Shown: positions 21,328 through 30,657 of the stretch, one piece after another | Layout: every line of letters starts with the position of its first letter | How positions within the stretch are numbered: the first letter of the stretch is position 1 | Translations under genes and position numbers: made by a program | The notes under the pieces: generated by a model | Database searches by the model: none | Seen by the model: the letters and a program-made list of their open reading frames with translations, nothing else | What the model was told of the DNA's origin: nothing | Source of the DNA: an uncultured Planctomycetota bacterium | GTDB taxonomy: Bacteria; Planctomycetota; Planctomycetia; Isosphaerales; Isosphaeraceae | Reading direction: 5' to 3' | DNA length: 64,000 nucleotides | Assembly (NCBI GenBank): GCA_963737655.1 | Contig: CAVTTN010000002.1 | Location: forward strand, 32,001 to 96,000

Positions 21328-21654
21328 ATGGAAGATGAAAAACCCTTGTCCCCGGCGACGCAGAAAGCAGTCTTCGCCGAGATTCGGGCCGACGAACACG
21401 CCGCCCGCGTCCGTGACTTCGGAGAGGCCGACGCTGCAACCTACGACGCCAGGATGGCGGAGGCCTACCGCTTTCGAGCCGAGGCATTGGGCCCTGAGCC
21501 GCCCAACCCACCACCGGTCACTCCGGCGGAACTCGAGCGGGCGGTGGCTGAAATCGAACGCCAATGGCAGCAGCCATCCTCCTACGACCAGCGGCTTGCT
21601 GAAGCCGCCGCACGGATGCCAAACAAACCCAAGGACATCGACAGGGCCCGATGA
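21328..21654 (+). CDS. 108-aa hypothetical protein with the same C-terminal motif as 20516-20989
   Basis: GGAGG RBS; MEDEKPLSP...SYDQRLAEAAARMPNKPKDIDRAR. Confidence 0.75.
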   Translation: MEDEKPLSPATQKAVFAEIRADEHAARVRDFGEADAATYDARMAEAYRFRAEALGPEPPNPPPVTPAELERAVAEIERQWQQPSSYDQRLAEAAARMPNKPKDIDRAR

Positions 21655-21831
21655 CGCGCCAGAGGCAAGAGCGACGCGCCCCTGCCGCGATCATCCTGTC
21701 GTTGCTGGGGGGAAAAGTTGACCTGCCGAAAATGAACGGCAAGCAAAGCGGCTCGCCCGGCAGCGTGCTGGGTGGGCCGGGCGGCGGGAGACGGCGGAGA
21801 CGCGACACCGAGGAGAAGGAGGTTACGTGAG

Positions 21832-22026
21832 ATGAGCATCGATGCGGCACCAAAGCTGATCAATGCGGAAGAACTGGCCCAAATGCTCGACGTTTCCGAA
21901 CGGACGCTCTGGCGGCTGCTCTCCGGTCACAAACTGCCCGAGCCGGTCCGCATCGGCCGCAACACGCGCTGGCGGTTGGCCGAGGTCACCGACTGGATCG
22001 AGCGGGGGTGCCCGATTGGAAAATAG
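21832..22026 (+). CDS. AlpA/excisionase-like HTH protein
   Basis: LINAEELAQMLDVSERTLWRL...PVRIGRNTRWRLAEVTDWIERGCP; AAGGAGG upstream. Confidence 0.9.
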   Translation: MSIDAAPKLINAEELAQMLDVSERTLWRLLSGHKLPEPVRIGRNTRWRLAEVTDWIERGCPIGK

Positions 22027-22061
22027 CGATTGCGCGACAACGGGTGATGGCAGGATGCTGA

Positions 22062-22244
22062 TTAGCGGGCCAGGGACTTTCCTGTCAGACCTGGCAAAGA
22101 CGGGGCTGCGATGTCGCCGCACTCGGCCAGGGCGATGCCCGTGGTCAGGTCGTCGCGTGCGTGCTGCTCCCATGCGACGAGCGCCTTTGCCTTTCCTTGG
22201 GCGAGGCGCGCCCTCATGGCGTCCATTTTTTCGTCGATACTCAT
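22062..22244 (-). CDS. Possible 60-aa hypothetical protein
   Basis: MSIDEKMDAMRARLAQGK...; no recognisable motif. Confidence 0.35.
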   Translation of the reverse strand: MSIDEKMDAMRARLAQGKAKALVAWEQHARDDLTTGIALAECGDIAAPSLPGLTGKSLAR

Positions 22245-22421
22245 GGCTGGATTATCGCATAAAAGAAGCCCTTGCGCAACGAGGCAGCAAGGGGCGACGA
22301 TGACTAGGCTGAACCTAGCCAGCGATGAAGCCCTGAAGCTCGCCAGCTGACCCACCTGGCGCGCTCCGCCTCCTGAACGTATAATCACCGAACCGACCCC
22401 GACACACCCGGAGCCATCCCC

Positions 22422-23891
22422 ATGGCCTCGATCTACAAGAGATGCCGCGACAAGAAAAAGAAGAACGTCCCCTACCAGATCGAATACCTCGACGTAGACG
22501 GCGAGCGTAAGGTCGTCAAGGGGTTCACCGACAAGGGCCTCACTGAGCAACTGGCCGCGAAGCTGGAGAACGAAGTCCTCCTACGGAAGCGGGGGATGAT
22601 CGACCCGCTGGCCGAGCAACTCGCCGTCCGTAGACAGTCGCTGGTCGGCGACTCCCTCGACGCATTCCGCCGGAGCATGGACAACACGACCCCGAAGCAC
22701 CAGCAGCTCACCATGACGAGGGTGACTCGGCTGGTGGAGGCATCCGGGGCCAAAACGCTCGCCGATCTCGACGCCGAAAAGGTCGAGAACTGCCTGAAGG
22801 AACTCCGCCGGGCCGATGACCTCGGCGCCCGGACGTACAACCACTACCTCCAGGCGATCGACGAATTCGGGAAATGGCTCGTGTCGAGCAAGCGGCTGAC
22901 GATCAACCCGGTGGCGGGCATCGAGCGGCTGAACGCGGAGACGGACATCCGCCATCCTCGCCGTGCGCTCACGACGGAGGAAGTCTCCAAACTCGTCGAG
23001 TCGGCCAGGTCGAGCGGCGTCGAGGTCCAGGGCTACGACGGAGAGCTTCGGGCTCGGGCGTACCTGATGAGCTTCTTCACCGGCCTGCGGCGGCAGGAGC
23101 TGGGGAGTCTCACGCCCCGGTCATTCAAGCTCGACGACGCCCAGCCGACCCTCAAGGTCAAGGCGGCCTGCTCGAAGCACCGGCGGGAGGACACCCTGCC
23201 GATGCACGCGGAGCTGGTCCTCCTGGTGCGTGAGTGGGTGCGTGTTCTTGGTCCGAAAGATCTTCTCTTCCCCCGGATCGAGAAGAAGAAGACCTGGCTG
23301 ATGGTGAAGAAGGACCTGGAGCGGGTCGGCATCCCCTACGAGACGCACGAGGGCATCGCCGACTTCCATGCTGCAGGCCGGCACTCGCATATCACCGGAC
23401 TGCTCAGGAACGGCGCCACGTTGGTCGAGGCCCGCGAATTGGCCAGGCACTCCGACGTCAGGATGACGATGAAATACACCCACATCGGCCTTCAGGATCA
23501 GGCCGACGCCCTGGCAGGTCTGCCAAACCCAAACGCATATACAACCGCTAATTGGCTGGGTATTGGCTGGGTTTCGGGCGGCGCTCAGGGGCAGGAGGTG
23601 ACGCCGAGTGTCAGCGATCCTGACCAGAACACTCAGTCTACAAACGAACAAACCCCGGCGGAGCCGGGGCTTGTGTCGTCTTCTGTCGCAAGTTGTCACC
23701 AGATGGCAACTTACAGCGAAGTGGAGGCGGCGGGAATTGCACCCGCGTCCCGAGATTCATCGACGAGGGCATCTACGTGCGTATCCGGTCGTTTGATTGT
23801 CGGCCTGGTCCCCCCGATCGGCAGGGTGGACTGTGGCTTAGCTCCTCATGAGATTCGTCCGTGCCTCAAGGTGCGGCTTGGCAGGGACTAG
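22422..23891 (+). CDS. Tyrosine integrase 2 (intact), ssrA-targeting
   Basis: TGLRRQEL, DFHAAGRHS, LARHSDVRMTMKYTH; the ORF continues antisense into ssrA. Confidence 0.93.
   Translation: MASIYKRCRDKKKKNVPYQIEYLDVDGERKVVKGFTDKGLTEQLAAKLENEVLLRKRGMIDPLAEQLAVRRQSLVGDSLDAFRRSMDNTTPKHQQLTMTRVTRLVEASGAKTLADLDAEKVENCLKELRRADDLGARTYNHYLQAIDEFGKWLVSSKRLTINPVAGIERLNAETDIRHPRRALTTEEVSKLVESARSSGVEVQGYDGELRARAYLMSFFTGLRRQELGSLTPRSFKLDDAQPTLKVKAACSKHRREDTLPMHAELVLLVREWVRVLGPKDLLFPRIEKKKTWLMVKKDLERVGIPYETHEGIADFHAAGRHSHITGLLRNGATLVEARELARHSDVRMTMKYTHIGLQDQADALAGLPNPNAYTTANWLGIGWVSGGAQGQEVTPSVSDPDQNTQSTNEQTPAEPGLVSSSVASCHQMATYSEVEAAGIAPASRDSSTRASTCVSGRLIVGLVPPIGRVDCGLAPHEIRPCLKVRLGRD
23551..23572. repeat. 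Tandem 11-bp repeat, candidate integrase arm-type sites
   Basis: attggctgggt twice, about 150 bp from the att core. Module 1 has ccgaca at 11-bp spacing (5052, 5063). Confidence 0.5.
23642..23674 (-). terminator. Intrinsic terminator downstream of ssrA
   Basis: Minus strand ccccggc-tcc-gccgggg followed by tttgttcgtttg. Confidence 0.65.
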
Positions 23892-24086
23892 CCCGCATTG
23901 GCGTCACCGGGCGGCCCTAGCGGGCGAAGGGACGCCGCGATGCCGTGCGCTGGTGTTTAGGCAGCGAGACGGAGAGAGGGAGTCCTCTCGGCAGATAGTG
24001 TTTGGTCGGCTTTTAACGAGGCCTGCTGACCAACCTCGGCACGCAGCCACACGCGTCAGCAATCCGGTCGATCCTGGTTCGCCCCC
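23722..24086 (-). ncRNA. ssrA: tmRNA
   Basis: 5' GGGGGCGAACCAGGATCGAC pairs with 3' CGCCTCCA including G3-U; T arm GCGGGTGCAATTCCCGC; tag ORF 23992-23957 AERTPSLRLAA*. Confidence 0.97.
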
Positions 24087-24120
24087 GGGTTCTTGAGTAT
24101 TCCGGACGAAGGCTGTTAAG

Positions 24121-24148
24121 ATTGTACCTGCCCGCTCCGCCCGATCAA
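24121..24148 (-). promoter_or_regulatory. Sigma70-like promoter of ssrA
   Basis: TTGATC-N16-TACAAT, 35 nt upstream of the mature 5' end. Confidence 0.6.
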
Positions 24149-24419
24149 GGTGGTCTCCAGGATTGCGTCTCTCGACGGCCTCGCGAATCCTCTCCGAGGA
24201 TGGATCGGAAGCCCTCTTGGCTAGTGGTTGAGCCCGGAAGTTCTTTGGAGTAATTTCGGCTGCCCTCCTCTCGGAGGGCCTTGATTTCGGCCTATTTTGA
24301 GAGTCTAGCAGCCGGGTTTACTACCCAGAATTTGAGAGTCTGACCACGAGGCGGCGATTCCCGCCCTGTTCTCTTCCTGACGGCGTCTCCTTGTTCCTCT
24401 TAGAATGCTGATTTCCGCC

Positions 24420-25364
<945 letters not shown>

Positions 25365-25365
25365 C

Positions 25366-26129
25366 ATGAGACACGTCCCCTCCCTGGTCCGCCGCGAGCT
25401 GGCCGCCTACTTCCTGTCGCCGATGGCGTATCTGATCCTGTTCGGGTTCCAGCTCGTCGCGGCGTTCAATTTCTCTCAGATGCTCGGGGCGCTGGCCCAG
25501 TTCGCTCGATCCGGGGCGTATTCGAGCCTCCGAGACCCGATGAATAGCTATGTTTCGGGGAGCTTGCCGTTCTGGCTGGCGGTCCTCGTGGCCGTCCCGG
25601 CCCTGACGATGAGGCTCCTGGCCGAGGAGACGAGGAACGGGACCATCGAGACCTTGCTCACGGCCCCGGTTACCGAGACCGAGGTCGTGCTCTCGAAATG
25701 GGTCGCCGGGGTGGTGATGTACCTGGCCCTCCTCGTCCCGTTCGCCCTGTATCTGCCGATCCTCAGGCATTACGGGCACTACCCGTTCGACCTCGGCCCG
25801 ATCTATGCCTCGGCGATCGGCCTGACGACGATGGGGATGATGTTCGTGGCCGTGGGCGTGTTCTTCACGCCCTGACGAGGCATCAGGTCGTGGCCGCGGT
25901 GGGGACGTTCGTGACCCTGTTCGCCTTGATTCTGGTCACGATGTTCGCCGCGTCGATCGCCTCGGAGTTGCGGTCGCCGTGGGCGGAGCCGTTGCGATTC
26001 CTCTCGGTGGTGGCGCAGGCGCACGAGCTGGGGTCGGGGATGATGGACGTCCGCCACCTGGCCTTGCACCTCTCGGCCTCGGCGTTCTTGCTCTATTCCA
26101 CCATCAAGATCGTCGAGTTCTCGCGATGA
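25366..26129 (+). CDS. ABC-2 permease (GldF-like), frameshift at ~25868
   Basis: RRELAAYFLSPMAY, TMRLLAEE..GTIETLLTAP; continues ALTRHQVVAA in another frame. Confidence 0.88.
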
Positions 26130-26172
26130 ATTCCCGATCTTTCGGGTCGAGCGGACCGGGTATGGGACGTCC

Positions 26173-27951
26173 ATGAGCGTGTTGAGCCATCCGGGGTTCT
26201 GGTTCGCGGCGACGGCCCTGGCCGTGGGGATGTCGCTGGCGTGGGCGCTGAGAGGGTCGGCCCCGGGAACCCCGGCCCCGAGCGAGGAAGACGGCGCCTC
26301 TCCGGGCGCCCGTCATCGCGATCGGGCCCTGTTCCTCGCCGTCCTGGGCGCGGTCCTGGCCGCCGGAGGGGCCTTCGTGGCCGGGTCGGCCTCGATCCCT
26401 TGGTCGATCCCCCTGTTCGCCTCGGGGTTCGGCCTGGAATGGTTCGTCGCCCGGGAGAACCGGCCGTATCGCCATTCCAGCCCGAGCCTCCGCCGGATCG
26501 TCCGCTTCTCGGAGACCGCCCTGACCGCCTCCCTGCTCCTGGGCATCCTCGTGGTCGGCAACCTCGCCGCGTTCCGCTACGGGGAGAGGCCGATCGACTT
26601 CACCCGGGAGCGGGTCTTCTCCCTGGAATCGCTGACGATCCGCCAGCTTCAGGCCCTGGACCGGCCGATCCGCCTGATCGCGTTCTTCGATCGCGGGACG
26701 GTCCGTCAGGCCGACCGGCTCCGGCAGCTCCTGGAGCTCTATCGGGCCGAGAACCCGTCGATGGTCCGCACCGAGGTCCTCCCCCTGAACGCCGACCCGA
26801 TCCGCACCGAGGAGTTCCTCAAGGCGTTCCCGGACGCCGAGATGGCGCGGGGCGGGGTGGCGATCGAGTCGGGCGAGGGGCCGTTGCCCGATCGCGTGAT
26901 CGTCCGCAACGCGGAGATTTTCGACGCGGCCCCGTCCACCGAGCCCGGTCGGTTCGAGGTGGTGTTCCGGGGGGAAGACGCGGTGACCTCAGCCCTGATC
27001 CGGCTCCGCGAGGGGAAGAAGGCCAAATTCGCGATGACCACCGGTCATGGGGAGACGCCGGCCGTGGCCTCGGCGGCGAACCGCCCGTCGGTTTCGCGAT
27101 TGAAGGCACGGCTGGAAGGCTCGGGCGCGGAGGTGACCGAGGCGGACCTGGCCCGGGGGCCGATCGCCGACGACGTCGAGGTCGCCCTGATCATCGCGCC
27201 GAGGACCGCGTTTTCCGCCGAGGAGATCGGCCGCCTGTCGGCCTTCGCGAGGCGGGGCGGGCGCCTGGTCGTCCTGCTCGACGGCCGGAAAGCGTCCGGG
27301 CTGGACGAATGGTTGAAGGCGTCGAACCTGGACGTCGGTCCCGGGGTGGTCGTCGACGTCTCCTCGCGATTCGCGACGAACCCGTCGGTCGTCCCGGTGA
27401 CGGTCCCGCCCTCGGTCAGGAATCCGATCGTGGCGCCCCTGGCGAACCTCCGCGTAGTCGTCCCGAACGCGGCCCCTTTGATCGTGAGGACTCCCGGGAT
27501 GAACCCGCCTCCCTTGCCGGGGATCCAGGTGGCGCCCATCCTCTCCACCGGCCGGGAGGCCTGGAGCGAGACGGACCTCTCGGGGCCGGCGCCCGTGTTC
27601 GACCCGAAGACCGACCGGCCGGGCCCGATCGTCGTCGCGGCGGCCGTCCAGGAGGTGCCCTCGGCGAGGGGGCAGGCGCCGACCCCGCGGATGGTCGTCT
27701 TCTCCAGCCCGGACCTGGCCGACGACTACTTCGTCGGCCAGTTCGAGGCGAACCTGGACCTGGTGGTCAACGCCGTCCAGTGGCTCCGCGGCCGTCCCGA
27801 CCTCCAGGGCCTGGCCCCGAGGCGACGGGAAGTCCCCCGGTTCGATGCCGACTACGGGCTCCAGGCCCGTCTGGTCGCGGTCCCGACCTTGCTGGCCCTG
27901 GGCACCATCGTCGCCCTGGGCGTCTCGACGTTCCTGGCCCGGCGGCGATGA
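26173..27951 (+). CDS. GldG-like ABC auxiliary membrane protein
   Basis: DFTRERVFSL, TTGHGE, LIIAPR, GGRLVVLLD, NLDLVVNAVQWL, C-terminal TM. Confidence 0.85.
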   Translation: MSVLSHPGFWFAATALAVGMSLAWALRGSAPGTPAPSEEDGASPGARHRDRALFLAVLGAVLAAGGAFVAGSASIPWSIPLFASGFGLEWFVARENRPYRHSSPSLRRIVRFSETALTASLLLGILVVGNLAAFRYGERPIDFTRERVFSLESLTIRQLQALDRPIRLIAFFDRGTVRQADRLRQLLELYRAENPSMVRTEVLPLNADPIRTEEFLKAFPDAEMARGGVAIESGEGPLPDRVIVRNAEIFDAAPSTEPGRFEVVFRGEDAVTSALIRLREGKKAKFAMTTGHGETPAVASAANRPSVSRLKARLEGSGAEVTEADLARGPIADDVEVALIIAPRTAFSAEEIGRLSAFARRGGRLVVLLDGRKASGLDEWLKASNLDVGPGVVVDVSSRFATNPSVVPVTVPPSVRNPIVAPLANLRVVVPNAAPLIVRTPGMNPPPLPGIQVAPILSTGREAWSETDLSGPAPVFDPKTDRPGPIVVAAAVQEVPSARGQAPTPRMVVFSSPDLADDYFVGQFEANLDLVVNAVQWLRGRPDLQGLAPRRREVPRFDADYGLQARLVAVPTLLALGTIVALGVSTFLARRR

Positions 27952-27969
27952 GAGGAGGCGGAACTAACC

Positions 27970-30261
27970 ATGAAATCGTCGAGGCCGCAGCTGGTCCTGA
28001 TGGCCCTGTTCTTCGCCGGGCTCGTCGGCCTCTGGCTGGCCGACCAGACCGGCCTGCGGACCTCGGCCGATCGGGCGAAACGGAGCGGCCGGCTCCTCCC
28101 GGACCTCCTCGAAGCCCGGCCCTCCGAGCTGGCGCGCCTCGAGATCCTCGGCGGGAAGGCGCCGATCGTGATCCGTCGCGACGGGGATCGGTGGATGATC
28201 GTCGAGCCCGTCCTCGCCCTGGCCGATCGGGACCGCGTCGAGGCCCTGATCGCCAACCTCGCCCATCTGCACCGGGCGTCCGACCCGTCGCCTCTCGACG
28301 CGGCCCCTTCGACCTATGGCCTCGAACCCCCCGAACGGGTCGTCCGCCTCTTTCGGGACGATGGGGCCGGGCCGATCGCCTCGCTGGAGGTCGGCAAGGC
28401 CGCCCGGGACCGGCGATACGTCCGGCCCGGCGGGGAAACGAGCGTCGAGCTGGCCGACGCGAGACTCCTCTCGGCCCTCGACGGCGACCCGGCGGACTGG
28501 CGGGATCGTTCGCTGTTCCGGCTCTCGTCGTTCGAGGTCGCGAGGCTGGAGGTGACCGGGCCGGGCCCTCCCTGGACGATCCTCCGAGACGGCGGCCATC
28601 TCCGCATCCAGGAGCCGATCCTCGCCCCGGCCGACCCTTCGAAGGTCGAGGACCTGTTCGCCGGAGTCTGCGGGCTGAAGGTCGCGGCGGGCCCCGAGGG
28701 GTTCGTCGCCGAGAGCCTGGATCGAGCGAAGGAGTACGGCCTCGATCCCCCCTCTCGGACGATTTCCGTGGTCTCGGCCGAGGGCAAGAGGCGATCGATC
28801 CAGGTCGGCGCGTCGGTTCCGGGCCATCCCGGCGAGGTGTTCGCGAGGCGGGAAGGGCTGGCGGAAGTGGTCAAGATGGACGCCTCGGCGCTCGCCCCTC
28901 TGGATGCCGATCCGCACCTGCTCCGCTCGAAGAAGCTGGCCGACGTCGTGCCCGAACGGGTCGTCTCCCTGCGGGTCGAGGCGGGCGGGATCGTCCATCG
29001 CCTGGTCCGCGAAGCGAATCGCTGGAAGGTCGTCGAGCCGGCCTCGGCCGTCGGGCCCGCCGACCCGCAGACCGTCGCCTCCCTCGTTTCCGGCCTGGCC
29101 ACGGCCGAGGCTGCCGAGCTTCTCCAACCCGACAAGGTCCCGGCCCGCGCCGGATTGGAGACGCCGACCCTGCGAATCGAGGTGTGGGAAGACGATCCGC
29201 CCGGCCTCGGCCTCGACCCGGGGAAGCCCGTCGCCGCCGTCGCCCTGGGGATTCGCGATCGGCCCCGGAAAGTGGTCTTCGCGAAGGCCGACGGCGATTC
29301 GACCGTGCTGATGCTGCCCGACTCGTCCCTCGATCTCGGCCCGTCCGGCCCCCTGGCGTTTCGGGACCGGGCGATCGTCGCGAACCGGCCCGGGAGGATG
29401 ACCCGGCTCGTCGTGATCCGCGAGAACCGGACCGTCGCCCTGGAGCCGACCGGCGAGCCGCCGGATTACGCGAAGTGGCGGATGAAGGCGCCGGTGACCG
29501 GGCCGGTCGATCGCGACAACCTCGCGGCGATCGACGTCTTGCTGTCGGGGATGAGGGCCGAGACGCTCGTGGCCGACTCGCCCCGGCCGGAATTCGGCCT
29601 GGATTCGCCGTGGATGACCGTGATCTGGTCGGCCCTGCCGGTCGGGGCCAGCACGCCCGAGGAGAGGACGCTGCGGATCGGCGCCGAGAGGCCCGAAGGC
29701 CGGGGGTCGCGATTCGCGATGGTCAGCGGCTATCCGTGGGTGTTCGCCCTGGCGCCTCGGTCGCTGGCGATCCTCCTCGGGGAGTTGAAGGACCGCCATC
29801 TCGTGGCCCTGGCGCCCGACTCGATCGGCTCGATGGTCGTCTCGTCGCCCGATCGCTCGCTCTCGTTCGAGAAGGCCGCGCCCGGACCGGGCCAGCCGGG
29901 CGGCTGGCGGTTCGGCTCGGGGTCGGAGGGATCGCCGGAAGACCTGAACCGGGCGTCCGGCCTCGCCACGGCGCTGGCCGGTCTCCGAGTCGATCACTAT
30001 TCGCAGTATCTCGGGCCGATCCCGCCCGAAACCGGCCTGGATCGTCCGCTCTTGACGGTCGAAGCCCACCTGAAGGGGTCGCCCCAGATCGTGAAGCTCC
30101 GATTCGGCCGGATTCGGCCCGACGCCCTCCGGTTCGTGACCGCGGAACACGGCGATTCCGGGGCGGTCGGGCTCCTGCCGAACACCTCGGCCGAGCCGTG
30201 GGGCGGGTTCCTGAACGTCCCGAAGCCTGAATTGCCCGAAAACCCGTTCGCTCCTCGGTGA
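27970..30261 (+). CDS. DUF4340-repeat protein
   Basis: Repeated YGLxPP / WR(D) units; typical fourth gene of this operon type. Confidence 0.82.
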   Translation: MKSSRPQLVLMALFFAGLVGLWLADQTGLRTSADRAKRSGRLLPDLLEARPSELARLEILGGKAPIVIRRDGDRWMIVEPVLALADRDRVEALIANLAHLHRASDPSPLDAAPSTYGLEPPERVVRLFRDDGAGPIASLEVGKAARDRRYVRPGGETSVELADARLLSALDGDPADWRDRSLFRLSSFEVARLEVTGPGPPWTILRDGGHLRIQEPILAPADPSKVEDLFAGVCGLKVAAGPEGFVAESLDRAKEYGLDPPSRTISVVSAEGKRRSIQVGASVPGHPGEVFARREGLAEVVKMDASALAPLDADPHLLRSKKLADVVPERVVSLRVEAGGIVHRLVREANRWKVVEPASAVGPADPQTVASLVSGLATAEAAELLQPDKVPARAGLETPTLRIEVWEDDPPGLGLDPGKPVAAVALGIRDRPRKVVFAKADGDSTVLMLPDSSLDLGPSGPLAFRDRAIVANRPGRMTRLVVIRENRTVALEPTGEPPDYAKWRMKAPVTGPVDRDNLAAIDVLLSGMRAETLVADSPRPEFGLDSPWMTVIWSALPVGASTPEERTLRIGAERPEGRGSRFAMVSGYPWVFALAPRSLAILLGELKDRHLVALAPDSIGSMVVSSPDRSLSFEKAAPGPGQPGGWRFGSGSEGSPEDLNRASGLATALAGLRVDHYSQYLGPIPPETGLDRPLLTVEAHLKGSPQIVKLRFGRIRPDALRFVTAEHGDSGAVGLLPNTSAEPWGGFLNVPKPELPENPFAPR

Positions 30262-30308
30262 AATGATCCGTCGGGACCGCGAGAACGAGCCCGACGGATC
30301 AATCCGGC

Positions 30309-30545
30309 TCAATCCGAGCCGTGAAGCTTCACGATCTTGTTGTAGAGGCCGAGGAGGAGGATCGTCGGCACCCAGTGGCCGACGAACTGGGAATCGGTCT
30401 TCCGGCCCGACAGGTGGAGCAAGGCGCGCAGGCCGATCGAGCCGATGGCCAGGCTCAGGTAGACGCCCGAGGGGACCTGGCTGGTGTAATGCTCGATCGC
30501 CTTGGTGAGCGTGCCTTCCTCATGGGTGTGGGGATCGACCTTCAT
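30309..30545 (-). CDS. Small membrane hypothetical protein
   Basis: EGTLTKAIEHYTSQVPS...FVGHWVPTILLLGLYNKIVKLHGSD. Confidence 0.75.
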   Translation of the reverse strand: MKVDPHTHEEGTLTKAIEHYTSQVPSGVYLSLAIGSIGLRALLHLSGRKTDSQFVGHWVPTILLLGLYNKIVKLHGSD

Positions 30546-30657
30546 CCCTTCGAACGTGGCGCGAGAGACCATCGGAACGTTCCTCCTGCGTCGCAGCGGG
30601 TGCCTGGGCGGCTCATTGGGACTGAGGAGGCAACTCCCGGGCCGCTCGGCCCCCGGA

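Noticed and set aside
14950..23891. Prophage or complete conjugative ICE
   Set aside because: No virion, terminase, VirB4/mating-pair or relaxase genes are recognisable in the window.
26241..30230. 1329-aa ORF and other long alternative-frame or antisense ORFs (e.g. 48638-51142, 60809-63373, 39806-42103)
   Set aside because: Arg/Pro/Gly-rich shadow frames overlapping well-supported genes, as expected in high-GC DNA.
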